Assembly: GCA_963777505.1 (NCBI GenBank)
Contig: CAVZQN010000004.1
Span: forward strand, 320,001-384,000
Source: an uncultured bacterium
GTDB lineage: Bacteria; Acidobacteriota; HRBIN11; JAKEFK01
Length of the DNA stretch: 64,000 nucleotides
Reading direction: 5' to 3'
A program made the position numbers and the translations under genes. Below are positions 8,023 through 17,158 of the stretch, in pieces. The notes beneath the pieces were generated by a model. That model had not been told where the DNA came from. It saw only the letters and a list, made by a program, of their open reading frames with translations, and made no database searches. How positions within the stretch are numbered: the first letter of the stretch is position 1; every line of letters starts with the position of its first letter.

Positions 8023-10533
8023 ATGAAAAAACTAGCAATTTTTTTGTTTCTATATCCATGCCTACTTTTTGCGGCAAGAGAGGCCGTTCTCAAACAAATT
8101 GATGTTCCTCACTCGTACTATTACCGGGAAATGTATTTGCCGCAGGTCACAACCGGCCCTTCTTATGTGAGCTGGTCTCCGGATGGCAAGGCTCTTGTTT
8201 ATTCCATGCATGGGTCACTTTGGATCCAGAAGTTAGATTCAGAAGTTGCCCAAGAAATGACTGCGGGTCCGGGCTACGATTATCAACCTGATTGGTCACC
8301 GGATGGAAATTGGATCGTTTTTACAAGATACGATAAGGATGCAGTTGAACTTCAACTGCTGAACGTTGGAACCCGAAAAGTTATACCCATCACAAGCGGT
8401 GGGGCTGTTAATGTTGAACCGAGATGGTCGCCTGATGGATCTCGAATTGTATTTGTTTCGACGCAACACAATAAACGTTTTCATCTCTTTCTTGCGTATA
8501 TCAAAAGCGGATCGCTCGATCGAATCGAGCAGCTGACAGAAGAAAGACGCAGCAAGATTACGCGCTACTACTACAGTCCTTTCGATCACGAAATCAGTCC
8601 GACATGGTCACCGGATGGAACTGAGTTGATCTTCATTACGAACCGGGAAAAATATTATGGATCGGGCGGTTTCTGGCGAATGAAAGCTGAAAAGGGTGCG
8701 GAGCCGCGCGAAATCCGCTTTGAAGAAACAACATGGAAAGCCAAACCCGATTGGTCATCGGATGGAAAACGTATCATATATAGTTCCTACCTCGGTCGTC
8801 CCTGGCATCAAATCTGGATCATGACTCCTGAAGGTGGTGATCCATTTCCGTTAACCTACGGTGAATATGACAATACGGCGGCCAGATGGTCGCGTGATTC
8901 TCGCAATATTGCATTCATTTCAAATCGAAATGGAAATACCTCACTTTGGGTTATGAATATTCCCGGCGGTAAACAGCGTGAAATTATTTCAAAGCAGCGG
9001 AAGTGGCTTCGACCGATGGGTACTTTGAAAATTTCAGTAAAGGATTCTAAAGGAAATCCATTCAGCGCCAGGGTTTCAGTAACAGGGGACGATCAAAGAG
9101 CCTATGCTCCTGATGATGCCTGGATGCATGCAGATGATGGTTTCGATCGAGCGGTCCGTCCTTTTGAAGTACATTACTTCCACACACATGGGAATTCATC
9201 AGTATCAGTTCCTGCAGGAAAACTGCTTGTTGAAATTGTAAGTGGTTTGGAGCATCGGGTCATCAAGCAAAATGTTGATGTCGCTTCGGGGGAAACAAAG
9301 CAAACTGAATTCCGATTGCAGCCACATGTTCTTCCCGATCGATTTGGAAAATGGTACAGCGGTGATTTGCACGTTCATATGAATTATGCAGGTACGTACA
9401 GGAATGTTCCGCAGTCCATGGTTGCACAAGCGAAAGCAGAGAATCTAAATGTTGTGAACAATCTTGTCGTAAACAAAGAACAACGCGTCCCGGATATGGC
9501 ATATTTTTCAGGGAAGCCGGATCCGGCTTCAACGAAGGATACGCTTCTTTTGCATGCTCAGGAATATCACACAAGTTACTGGGGGCATTTAGGATTATCA
9601 AACCTTAAGGAATTCTATGTGATGCCGGATTATGCCGGATACATAAACACTGGAGCAGCCAGTTTGTATCCAACAAATGCTGATGTTGCCGATTTGGCTC
9701 ATGAGCAAGGAGGTCTTGTTGGTTACGTTCATCCGTGGGATTGGGATCCGGATCCTGCAAAAGAAGAGAAATTAACAAATGCGCTTCCTATCGATGTAGC
9801 GCTTGGTAAAGTGGATTATTACGAAGGCGTCAGTTTCAGTGATCATATTGCAACAGCTCATGTGTGGTACAGACTTCTGAATTGTGGTTTCCGGCTTCCT
9901 ACCGGTGGCGGTACAGATGCAATGGCAAATTATGCATCACTTCGAGGTCCAGTTGGAACCAATCGCGCATATGTCCAATTGGATGGTTCGTTGAATGCTG
10001 ACTCCTGGATGAACGGACTGAAGAACGGACACACCTTTGCAACAAACAGCGCGTTGTTAGGATTCAAGGTGAACGGTAAATCAGCAAGTGATGAAATCAA
10101 ACTTCCTGCAGGCTCACACGAATTGAAATTTGATAGCGCGATGCGGTCAATCGTTCCAATGGATCATCTCGAAATCGTTTTTAATGGTAAGCCAATCAAG
10201 CAGCTCACACTTTCGGAAGACAAAATGGCGGGTGATGCAACTGGAAGCATCAATATTGATCAAAGTGGCTGGCTCGTGTTGCGCACATGGAGCGATCGAG
10301 CAATCGATCCCGTTCTGGATCTATATCCATATGCAACGACGAGCCCTATTTACATCACTGTGGCCGAAAAACCAGTTCGCTCCGCAGAAGATGCGGCATA
10401 TTTTTTAAAATGGATCGACCGTATTCAAGAATCTGCTGAAAAACATCCTGATTACAATGCAGATTGGGAAAAGAAACATGTGATGGATATGATTCAGCAA
10501 GCACGCAAAGTATTTGAGGAACGGATGAAGTGA
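8023..10533 (+). CDS. TolB-like PD40 propeller fused to CehA/McbA-type PHP metallohydrolase
   Basis: WSPDG repeats in N-half; WYSGDLHVH, QEYH..WGH, YVHP, GGTDA in C-half. Confidence 0.85.
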   Translation: MKKLAIFLFLYPCLLFAAREAVLKQIDVPHSYYYREMYLPQVTTGPSYVSWSPDGKALVYSMHGSLWIQKLDSEVAQEMTAGPGYDYQPDWSPDGNWIVFTRYDKDAVELQLLNVGTRKVIPITSGGAVNVEPRWSPDGSRIVFVSTQHNKRFHLFLAYIKSGSLDRIEQLTEERRSKITRYYYSPFDHEISPTWSPDGTELIFITNREKYYGSGGFWRMKAEKGAEPREIRFEETTWKAKPDWSSDGKRIIYSSYLGRPWHQIWIMTPEGGDPFPLTYGEYDNTAARWSRDSRNIAFISNRNGNTSLWVMNIPGGKQREIISKQRKWLRPMGTLKISVKDSKGNPFSARVSVTGDDQRAYAPDDAWMHADDGFDRAVRPFEVHYFHTHGNSSVSVPAGKLLVEIVSGLEHRVIKQNVDVASGETKQTEFRLQPHVLPDRFGKWYSGDLHVHMNYAGTYRNVPQSMVAQAKAENLNVVNNLVVNKEQRVPDMAYFSGKPDPASTKDTLLLHAQEYHTSYWGHLGLSNLKEFYVMPDYAGYINTGAASLYPTNADVADLAHEQGGLVGYVHPWDWDPDPAKEEKLTNALPIDVALGKVDYYEGVSFSDHIATAHVWYRLLNCGFRLPTGGGTDAMANYASLRGPVGTNRAYVQLDGSLNADSWMNGLKNGHTFATNSALLGFKVNGKSASDEIKLPAGSHELKFDSAMRSIVPMDHLEIVFNGKPIKQLTLSEDKMAGDATGSINIDQSGWLVLRTWSDRAIDPVLDLYPYATTSPIYITVAEKPVRSAEDAAYFLKWIDRIQESAEKHPDYNADWEKKHVMDMIQQARKVFEERMK

Positions 10534-10623
10534 TGCGGGATGCGCGATGCGGGATAGCCCCCGGCGTAAGCCGGGGGAAAGAATGATGTAAGAGGATCCA
10601 GCCCGCCCCTGCTTGGGCGGGCG
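10532..10623. repeat. Intergenic repeat cluster: GATGCGS heptamers plus two GC-rich REP-like hairpins
   Basis: gatgcgg gatgcgc gatgcgg; CCCCCGGC-GTAA-GCCGGGGG; GCCCGCCC...GGGCGGGC. Confidence 0.55.
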
Positions 10624-10645
10624 CAAGAATACGTGGAGGTGAGAG

Positions 10646-10873
10646 ATGGATGAAGTCACATTGATTTTTGGCAAAGATACATGACCCTATACGAGCGACG
10701 CTCGTAAGGATTACGAGAAAAGTGGCAAACCGTTTCGCTATATCAATGTTAAAAAGAGTCAAGACTCATTAACTCAGATGCTTCAATTGACGAAAGGCGT
10801 TCGCGAAGTTCCTGTCATTTTGGAAAACGGCAAGGTGACAATCGGATACAACGGAGGAAGTTGAGGAGTCTAA
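10646..10873 (+). CDS. Uxx-star-type glutaredoxin-like selenoprotein with two Sec (UGA 10682-10684 and 10862-10864)
   Basis: GGAGGT RBS; MDEVTLIFGKDT-U-PYTSDARKDYEKSGKPFRYINVKKSQDSLTQMLQLTKGVREVPVILENGKVTIGYNGGS-U-GV*; Grx features UPYT, VPVI, IGY. Confidence 0.88.
10686..10709 (+). promoter_or_regulatory. SECIS-like hairpin 1
   Basis: CCT-A-TACGAGC-GAC-GCTCGTA-AGG directly after first UGA. Confidence 0.6.
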
Positions 10874-10874
10874 A

Positions 10875-10892
10875 AGCATTCGGTCGAATGCT
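10875..10892 (+). promoter_or_regulatory. SECIS-like hairpin 2 (in 3' UTR)
   Basis: AGCATTC-GGTC-GAATGCT starting at the 11th nt after second UGA; GGUC loop resembles E. coli fdhF SECIS. Confidence 0.7.
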
Positions 10893-12264
10893 ATCTTTGA
10901 GTCTCTGCAGGTAAGAGTTTATGTCCTTCGGATCGTGCGACGTAGGTTGCAGCCGTCAAATCTCCCACGACATTTAATGTAGTCCGGCACATATCTAAGA
11001 TCCGATCCAAGCCTAGAACGATTGCAATCAATGCAGGGTTCACTCCAATTTGAGTTAACACAACGATGATGAATGGAATAGAGCCCGAAGGAACGCCGGC
11101 GGTACCAATCCCACCAAGAATTGCCAGATAAGCAACCATCAATTGCGTAGATAAAGAAAGATCGACTCCTGAAAGTTGAGCCAGGAAAAGTACGGTAACA
11201 CCTTCATAGAGTGCTGTGCCATTTTGATTGGCAGTGGCACCGATAGTTAAAACAAAGCTGTTAATCTCGCGTGGTACTCCCAGATTCATTTCTGAGACTC
11301 GCAGGGCAGTTGGAAGGGTTGCATTCGAAGAAGATGTTGAGAATGCTGTCAGCATGACAGTCTTAATACGCCTGAAAAATTCGATGGGCGAAATGCGCGA
11401 CAACATTGATATTGAAATTGAATAAATCACAAACATATGAATCGCCAGGCCTGCAATTACAGTGAAGAAGAACCATGCAAGTGCCTGCAGCAAATCCATC
11501 CCGAATCGTGCAACGTTGTTAAATAACAAACATGCCACCGCATACGGCGCAAACCTCATCACAAGATCGATAATTTTCGTGGAGACATTGAACAAACCAT
11601 CAAGTGCACCCACAAATGGCGCAGTTACCTCCGGTGATATCAGCGTGATGGCAATTCCGATAATCAATGCAAATGCCATCAGGTGAAGCATGTTTGGAGT
11701 TTCGCTTGCAATCGATGCAATTGGATTTGCGGGAATCAAAGTTTTTACAGCAGTCATAAGTGCCGAATCGTTCGCCGATAGTTTTTTCGCATCTTCAACA
11801 CGCTTGCTTGCATCAGTTCCATACCGCTGTTCCAATGCCTGCGCTGTAGCTGGATCGACTCGTTTTCCTGGCTTAATAAAATTAACGGCTGTTATGCCGA
11901 TAATGACTGAGATTGCGGAAATGATGATTGTGTATACAAAAGTCTTTAACCCGATTCGTCCAAGCTTGCGGATGTTTCCGATTCCTGCGACGCCAACAAC
12001 CAGCGAAGAAAAAACGAGAGGGATGACAGTCATTAATAGGAGACGTAAAAAGAGTTGTCCGATTGGTTCGGTAATATTTCTAATGATCCAAACGACAGAT
12101 GGATTTTCCCCGCCGAAAGCTCCATTGACAATCAATCCTGCTGTGACACCCACAAGAAGCCCGATCAGGATTCTGCGATGGAGCGGCATACCTCGGGGTT
12201 TGTCAGGCGTTGTATCTTTAAGATCTGTGGTGACTTCGCGGTCGTAGGATTCCATTCGGGACAT
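10891..12264 (-). CDS. Dicarboxylate/amino acid:cation symporter (GltP/GltT family)
   Basis: FLRLLLMTVIPLVFSSLV, AFSTSSSNATLP, GATANQNGT, GTAGVP, DRILDMCRTTLNVVGD. Confidence 0.93.
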   Translation of the reverse strand: MSRMESYDREVTTDLKDTTPDKPRGMPLHRRILIGLLVGVTAGLIVNGAFGGENPSVVWIIRNITEPIGQLFLRLLLMTVIPLVFSSLVVGVAGIGNIRKLGRIGLKTFVYTIIISAISVIIGITAVNFIKPGKRVDPATAQALEQRYGTDASKRVEDAKKLSANDSALMTAVKTLIPANPIASIASETPNMLHLMAFALIIGIAITLISPEVTAPFVGALDGLFNVSTKIIDLVMRFAPYAVACLLFNNVARFGMDLLQALAWFFFTVIAGLAIHMFVIYSISISMLSRISPIEFFRRIKTVMLTAFSTSSSNATLPTALRVSEMNLGVPREINSFVLTIGATANQNGTALYEGVTVLFLAQLSGVDLSLSTQLMVAYLAILGGIGTAGVPSGSIPFIIVVLTQIGVNPALIAIVLGLDRILDMCRTTLNVVGDLTAATYVARSEGHKLLPAETQR

Positions 12265-12335
12265 TATAACGCTATAACCGCAAAGACACAGAGGGCAATG
12301 CTTCAGTCTTAATGAGGTGTTATATTCTTTGTTAT

Positions 12336-13244
12336 ATGCGTTATGTTTTTGCGTTGGTTGGAGCGATTGCAATACTGCTCAGTTTCTCGTGCGGCTCTGG
12401 AACGCCCATAGCTCCAGGAGGATCGCGACTCATTCTTACTGCAGATCCGGAACAGATTCCATTCAATGGTTCATCAATGCTAACTGTAAGAGGCACGGAT
12501 GAGGATGGAACTCCATTGCCTGACGGCACGCGAGTCACGTTTAGCATCACCGAGGCAGGAAGCGTTTCACCCGATTCTGTAGATCTTGTGAATGGTACTG
12601 CGACAAGTACATTCTTTGCGTCCTTTGATAGCGGCGATGTCACTGTCACTGCAACGTCTGGAAGTGTTGAAGCCAGTATCACAATTACTGTTGCTGATAA
12701 TGAAGACCAAAGGGTATTTGTTTCCGCTATACCAGCAACGTTACCTGATGGTGGCGGAACTTCGGTGATCAGTGCCGCTGTTACGGATTTTAGTGGGACT
12801 CCCCTGGAAGGTATTGGTGTTGAATTCTCCACAACGGAAGGATCCTTGCAATCGAATGGTGGAACGCTCCGTACGAATAGCAATGGCGTTGCGATCGATA
12901 CATTGAATACTTCTGCAAGTGCTACTGTGACAGCAACAACTGATGATGGATTTTCAGGTGAAACAACAGTCGAAGTTGGTGGAGGTCGAATCGTTTGTCA
13001 TATGACTGTAAACAATAGTACTCCGGCCGTAGGTCAAACAGTGTTGTTTTTAGATACGAGCGATATTCCGGAGGGCGAAAGTGTTGAGTTTCATTGGAAC
13101 TTCGGTGATGGATCATCCACTCAAGGCCGCAACGTTCAACATATTTTTCAAACTGCCGGAACATTTAACGTGATCCATAGCGTCGTCGATGACAACGGCA
13201 ACACTTTTACATGTGACTCCTTCGCGATTACGGTTTCAAATTGA
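12336..13244 (+). CDS. Lipoprotein with two bacterial Ig-like (invasin/Big_1) domains and a PKD domain
   Basis: Lipobox-like LSFSC; LPDGTRVTFS, PLEGIGVEFST repeats; HWNFGDG...HIFQTAGTFNV. Confidence 0.8.
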   Translation: MRYVFALVGAIAILLSFSCGSGTPIAPGGSRLILTADPEQIPFNGSSMLTVRGTDEDGTPLPDGTRVTFSITEAGSVSPDSVDLVNGTATSTFFASFDSGDVTVTATSGSVEASITITVADNEDQRVFVSAIPATLPDGGGTSVISAAVTDFSGTPLEGIGVEFSTTEGSLQSNGGTLRTNSNGVAIDTLNTSASATVTATTDDGFSGETTVEVGGGRIVCHMTVNNSTPAVGQTVLFLDTSDIPEGESVEFHWNFGDGSSTQGRNVQHIFQTAGTFNVIHSVVDDNGNTFTCDSFAITVSN

Positions 13245-14233
13245 AAGTATTTATCCCTCTCGTCATTTTCCTAATTTCCAGCATTGTCTATGCGGAAGAT
13301 AAAAGTAGTCTTCGTGATACCGGTTTGATTTGTGCGGTTGATATGGGCAGCAATACATTCAAATTTATTGTGGCTGAAATAAAAAATGGAGAGTATCACC
13401 AATATGTTGATGTACGAAAGACAGCTGGAGTAGGCGACGATCTAAAAAACTCAGAAAAGAAATCCGGCAAAAAGATCATCTCAGACCTAAAACAGGAAGA
13501 AATTAAATCTCTGCTTAAAGAATTTCAGGATGAATGCGAGCGCAGAACTCAGTCACGTAAACTCTATGCAATTGCTACAGCCGCCTTTCGCGAAGCAGAA
13601 AATATCAAATCGATATCGCAACAGGTCAATCAGCAAGGGATCGAGTTGGAAGTCCTTACTGGCGAGGCAGAAGCAATCTATGCCTATGAAGCTGCAACCT
13701 CAGGAGCGCAAGGGTTTGCTGTTGTTGATTTGGGAAGTCGTACGACCGAGTTTGTGAAAAACAATAATGGGAAATATGAAACAGCGGATTTAGCGACTGG
13801 TTACAAGGTCGCATGGGATGAGTTTTACGAAAAGGCGGAAACCTTTACGCAGGCTTCGACGGAACACTTAAAGAAAGTAAAAGACATCATCGGTGAACAT
13901 CAAACGAAGATCCTAAAAGGCCAACAAGAACTAAGAATGATTGAAGTGGGGGAAGCGGCAAGTTACATTCTTGGAATTCCTCAGGATCAGATTGAGGGTC
14001 AGGTCATTACTCACGCTCAGATTAAAAACAAGTTGCGCGACCTGTACGCAATGGATCCAAAATCATTTGCCGAGCTAAAAGAGAATTTTGAGGATGCGGC
14101 CAGAGTTCTTCCACGGCTTGTTCTTATGGATTTCATTTTAGCCGAAACAGGATATGACAAGTTTAGAGGCACCAATCGCGAACTAAATGTCGCGATTGTT
14201 TACAAACGTTCCCGATCTATTCCCTCGCACTGA
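13241..14233 (+). CDS. Ppx/GppA-family (ASKHA) phosphatase-like protein with signal peptide
   Basis: AVDMGSNTFK, ATAAFREA, LTGEAEA, VVDLGSRTTE; N-terminus MKVFIPLVIFLISSIVYA-ED. Confidence 0.8.
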   Translation: MKVFIPLVIFLISSIVYAEDKSSLRDTGLICAVDMGSNTFKFIVAEIKNGEYHQYVDVRKTAGVGDDLKNSEKKSGKKIISDLKQEEIKSLLKEFQDECERRTQSRKLYAIATAAFREAENIKSISQQVNQQGIELEVLTGEAEAIYAYEAATSGAQGFAVVDLGSRTTEFVKNNNGKYETADLATGYKVAWDEFYEKAETFTQASTEHLKKVKDIIGEHQTKILKGQQELRMIEVGEAASYILGIPQDQIEGQVITHAQIKNKLRDLYAMDPKSFAELKENFEDAARVLPRLVLMDFILAETGYDKFRGTNRELNVAIVYKRSRSIPSH

Positions 14234-15017
14234 TCTCAACAGAATCGGTCACGACCGGACGTCCATTCAGTGGCTGAACTGGACGGTTGTTGCGATTGAT
14301 AATATTTTGAAACGCCTGGATTTGCTTCTCCGAAAGTTGAATCGGACTTTGCATGACAATCCATTTTACATCCTCTGAGCAGGATGGAGTGGTTAGTGAT
14401 CCGTTGTAGCGATATGTGGTTTTAGCGGAGGGAAGCAGCTTACTAATATCCACTGCTACGTTTTCAAAATTGCTTTTCATGCCTTTGGATTTTGGCAAAT
14501 TAGACCAAATTGAATCAAAGGCTGAATTGTGATTCCCTTTTTCAATAAAGACACCTATCACAGCCAACTTTCCATCAGCCGACTTATGTACGAAGTGCAT
14601 CTCCATTGGGTAATGTTTTCCGCGGACTGTATGTTCACTGGGGCTGTGAAAGTGATGTTGCAAAAGCTGGAATTGTTCTTCACCAATTGTAAGCGTGTCC
14701 CCTTCTTTGTAGTTCACCTGAATCGTATGCCCGTTATTGATTGCATCAGTTATGGGCGTTTGTTGGATAATCTTCAATCTCGCAGGCTTAAAGTTGGCTT
14801 TCATTTCGTTCGAAGTTTTGTCTAGTTCAATAGGTGACTGGTTTTGTCCCTTCGTGCAGACCGACCATTTTGGGGACAGCTTTCCCCAGTCCGCAGCTTC
14901 ACCTTCATAACCCCAGTGTGGATCTTCATGTTGGGAAATAACTTCGACTGCTGTCATAAACATAAAAGCAGAACATACGATTAAAATCATTCTGAGACGT
15001 TTGGTATTCATATTCAT
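14217..15017 (-). CDS. cah: Alpha-class carbonic anhydrase, exported
   Basis: HWGYEG, QSPI, NNGHT, HFHSPSEH, EMHFVH, YNGSLTTP, NNRPVQPLNGR. Confidence 0.95.
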   Translation of the reverse strand: MNMNTKRLRMILIVCSAFMFMTAVEVISQHEDPHWGYEGEAADWGKLSPKWSVCTKGQNQSPIELDKTSNEMKANFKPARLKIIQQTPITDAINNGHTIQVNYKEGDTLTIGEEQFQLLQHHFHSPSEHTVRGKHYPMEMHFVHKSADGKLAVIGVFIEKGNHNSAFDSIWSNLPKSKGMKSNFENVAVDISKLLPSAKTTYRYNGSLTTPSCSEDVKWIVMQSPIQLSEKQIQAFQNIINRNNRPVQPLNGRPVVTDSVEISARE

Positions 15018-15052
15018 GTATGAGTATACGCATAACAGAACGGGCGTTCATA

Positions 15053-15068
15053 TAGGACTTTGGTCCTA
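15053..15068. promoter_or_regulatory. Palindromic operator copy 1 (TAGGAC-N4-GTCCTA)
   Basis: Perfect 6-4-6 palindrome upstream of carbonic anhydrase; TATACT -10-like hexamer at 15028-15023. Confidence 0.7.
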
Positions 15069-15085
15069 ATGCGATAAGGCGGCAA

Positions 15086-17002
15086 TTATGGCGTGTACCA
15101 GATTGGCGAAGTGTATGCGCGTTCTTGCTGTGTCATCGGAACTTCCTTTGGAAGCTGAAGCTGAAAGAATTTGGCATCATAAGCCGTCCAACGGGGAGTC
15201 GGGATTTCCAGCACGCGAGCATAATAGAAAGCAGACTGTGAGGCGTCGAAGTCGGGATCCTTCCACACTGTAATCAGCTCAGAGTCACCGATGTTGTTTG
15301 TCCATGTTGCATTCGCAACATCCACAGTATTGCCGACTGCGGGTAACTTTCCGCTTGCATCCGGTTTGCGGGTTGCTGAATCGCTCCATACAGCATCATA
15401 GATTTTTTCATGAGCCTGGCCTTTTGAATCCACCCACCCTTTGATGATTTGAATACGATCGAGATTTGCGCCGATCGGATCTTTCAGAGCAGCAACCAGA
15501 AATGTGGGAGCCTTTCCGTTTGGTGCTTTGTTTAAATCACCGCCCATAGGTACGCCTTTGGTATAGCCTATTTGAGCCGGCAAACGGTTTACCGCATCTT
15601 TTGTTTCGAAGTCCCAGCCACCAAAAAAGCGCACAATCATACGTGTACCGGTGGTGGCATAAGTTTCACGACGTTCCATGGCATCCCAGATTGCCTCACG
15701 CGTATTCTCAGTTGCCCATACCGCGGCATAACCCGATGCCGTTGTTTCCCAGCCCATGACTGTGATTCCAGTATCCTTGTTTTCTATGAAAGGATGTTCT
15801 GCTCGCGTCGGGCTTGGCTCTGAGCCGGAAGTCTTGCCGAAGAAGTTGTCCTCTTCAACTGCCGCAAGCGCAGTGTGCGAATCTGTGGACCCGACGAGTC
15901 CGAATTTGTAAGGATTGAGACCGAGTTCCTTTTCCATTTTCATACCATTCTTGAATGCGGACCGAGCATATTCGAATTCCAGCATTTCAGGCTTCTTTGC
16001 GGCGCTCACATCAAGATTCCCTTTATCCCAGATTTCAAAATTGGCAAATTCATCGTTGGTTGAAAGGAACGGGTGCGTTTCACTTGTTCCCTTCATTTGC
16101 GTTACTTCATAAAGCGGTTCCCAACGTCTGCGATTTTCCGCATATGTTGGATCAATTTTTTTTCCTGTGAATGATTCGATGATCGGAAACATCCGTCCGT
16201 TGCTTCCATTACCGTTATGAGCGATAGCAAGCACATTACCGCCTGTCTTCTGTTCATATGCAGCCATCCAATTCCAGAGGTCGCGTGGATTATCGCTGCC
16301 GTGTGGCTTCTGAGCAGTTAGTGGTTCGACCTGGCTTGCCCTGGTTCCGTTGTCACGAAAAATAACATTGCGATGCAGGTTGTTACCACCTGTGCCTGAA
16401 GTCCATTCATAACCAATAAATGCTGTGAATCGACCTGGATCATTCGCCTCATCTGCTGCGTCGATTGTTTGTTGCCACGCATCCCGATATGCAGAGGTGC
16501 CAGGAACCGGAAGGAGTCCTTTGGAAATAGTGCCTTTGCCAAGATTAAAGTAGATGTCTAGAGCTGCTTCGACTCCCTTACCCTCCTGAATCATGTCATA
16601 CCATTTTCGAGCTTGCGGATAACCAAGAGTTTTTGGATCTCCTGAAAACAGAAGCGGAAAAAATCCCATTCCGTCCGAATGATCAGCAACAACCAAAAAA
16701 TCGAGAGGTCGTGAGAGTTTGACTTGCTGACCGCTGGAGGCAGTGAGTTCCTCTCCTTTTGCAAACCGATAGGCTTCTTTAGGCCCTAATCGGCAACCGG
16801 CTGCACCTCCATCCATAGAAATCGATGTATGCAAGTGCGTGTCGCCGAAAAAGGGTCGAGTAGGATAGTTTCGTCCTGCATAAGGCGAGTATGGCCGTTT
16901 TGGGAATACTTTTTCGACAGCTTCCTTATCAATATGTCCGGCATCCTGGGAAATTGCTGGCAGAGTAAAAGAAAGAAGCAGAACAATTGCTAAAATTCTC
17001 AT
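15086..17002 (-). CDS. DUF3604 domain-containing secreted PHP-like metallohydrolase (intact copy)
   Basis: [58 protein letters not shown]. Confidence 0.92.
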   Translation of the reverse strand: MRILAIVLLLSFTLPAISQDAGHIDKEAVEKVFPKRPYSPYAGRNYPTRPFFGDTHLHTSISMDGGAAGCRLGPKEAYRFAKGEELTASSGQQVKLSRPLDFLVVADHSDGMGFFPLLFSGDPKTLGYPQARKWYDMIQEGKGVEAALDIYFNLGKGTISKGLLPVPGTSAYRDAWQQTIDAADEANDPGRFTAFIGYEWTSGTGGNNLHRNVIFRDNGTRASQVEPLTAQKPHGSDNPRDLWNWMAAYEQKTGGNVLAIAHNGNGSNGRMFPIIESFTGKKIDPTYAENRRRWEPLYEVTQMKGTSETHPFLSTNDEFANFEIWDKGNLDVSAAKKPEMLEFEYARSAFKNGMKMEKELGLNPYKFGLVGSTDSHTALAAVEEDNFFGKTSGSEPSPTRAEHPFIENKDTGITVMGWETTASGYAAVWATENTREAIWDAMERRETYATTGTRMIVRFFGGWDFETKDAVNRLPAQIGYTKGVPMGGDLNKAPNGKAPTFLVAALKDPIGANLDRIQIIKGWVDSKGQAHEKIYDAVWSDSATRKPDASGKLPAVGNTVDVANATWTNNIGDSELITVWKDPDFDASQSAFYYARVLEIPTPRWTAYDAKFFQLQLPKEVPMTQQERAYTSPIWYTP

Positions 17003-17088
17003 TATAAAATCCTCGTCTTTAGGGATGTCAGGGCAAACCAGTATCATACTAGGCATTTTTCATTTTCCATATTGATAAAAGGAAGGTA

Positions 17089-17104
17089 TTGGACTTTGGT
17101 CCTA
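17089..17104. promoter_or_regulatory. Palindromic operator copy 2 (TTGGAC-TTTG-GTCCTA)
   Basis: 15/16 identical to copy 1; between divergent DUF3604 and tamB-like genes. Confidence 0.7.
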
Positions 17105-17158
17105 TCAGTGCTTTACATCGATGCACGATACAATCGAAGCATACGGAGATAGGCTGTT

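Noticed and set aside
10355-10762. Minus-strand ORFs of 135 and 89 aa
   Set aside because: Shadow frames across repeats; the plus-strand selenoprotein explains the region.
11228-12883. Long antisense ORFs (e.g. 11690-12247, 12341-12883; likewise 56065-56643)
   Set aside because: Antisense shadows of well-supported genes with no family motifs.
17030-17060. GGGCAAACC resembling the start of a c-di-GMP-I riboswitch
   Set aside because: Lacks the GAAA tetraloop stem and the GACGCAAAGC continuation, and is antisense to the nearest downstream-reading leader.
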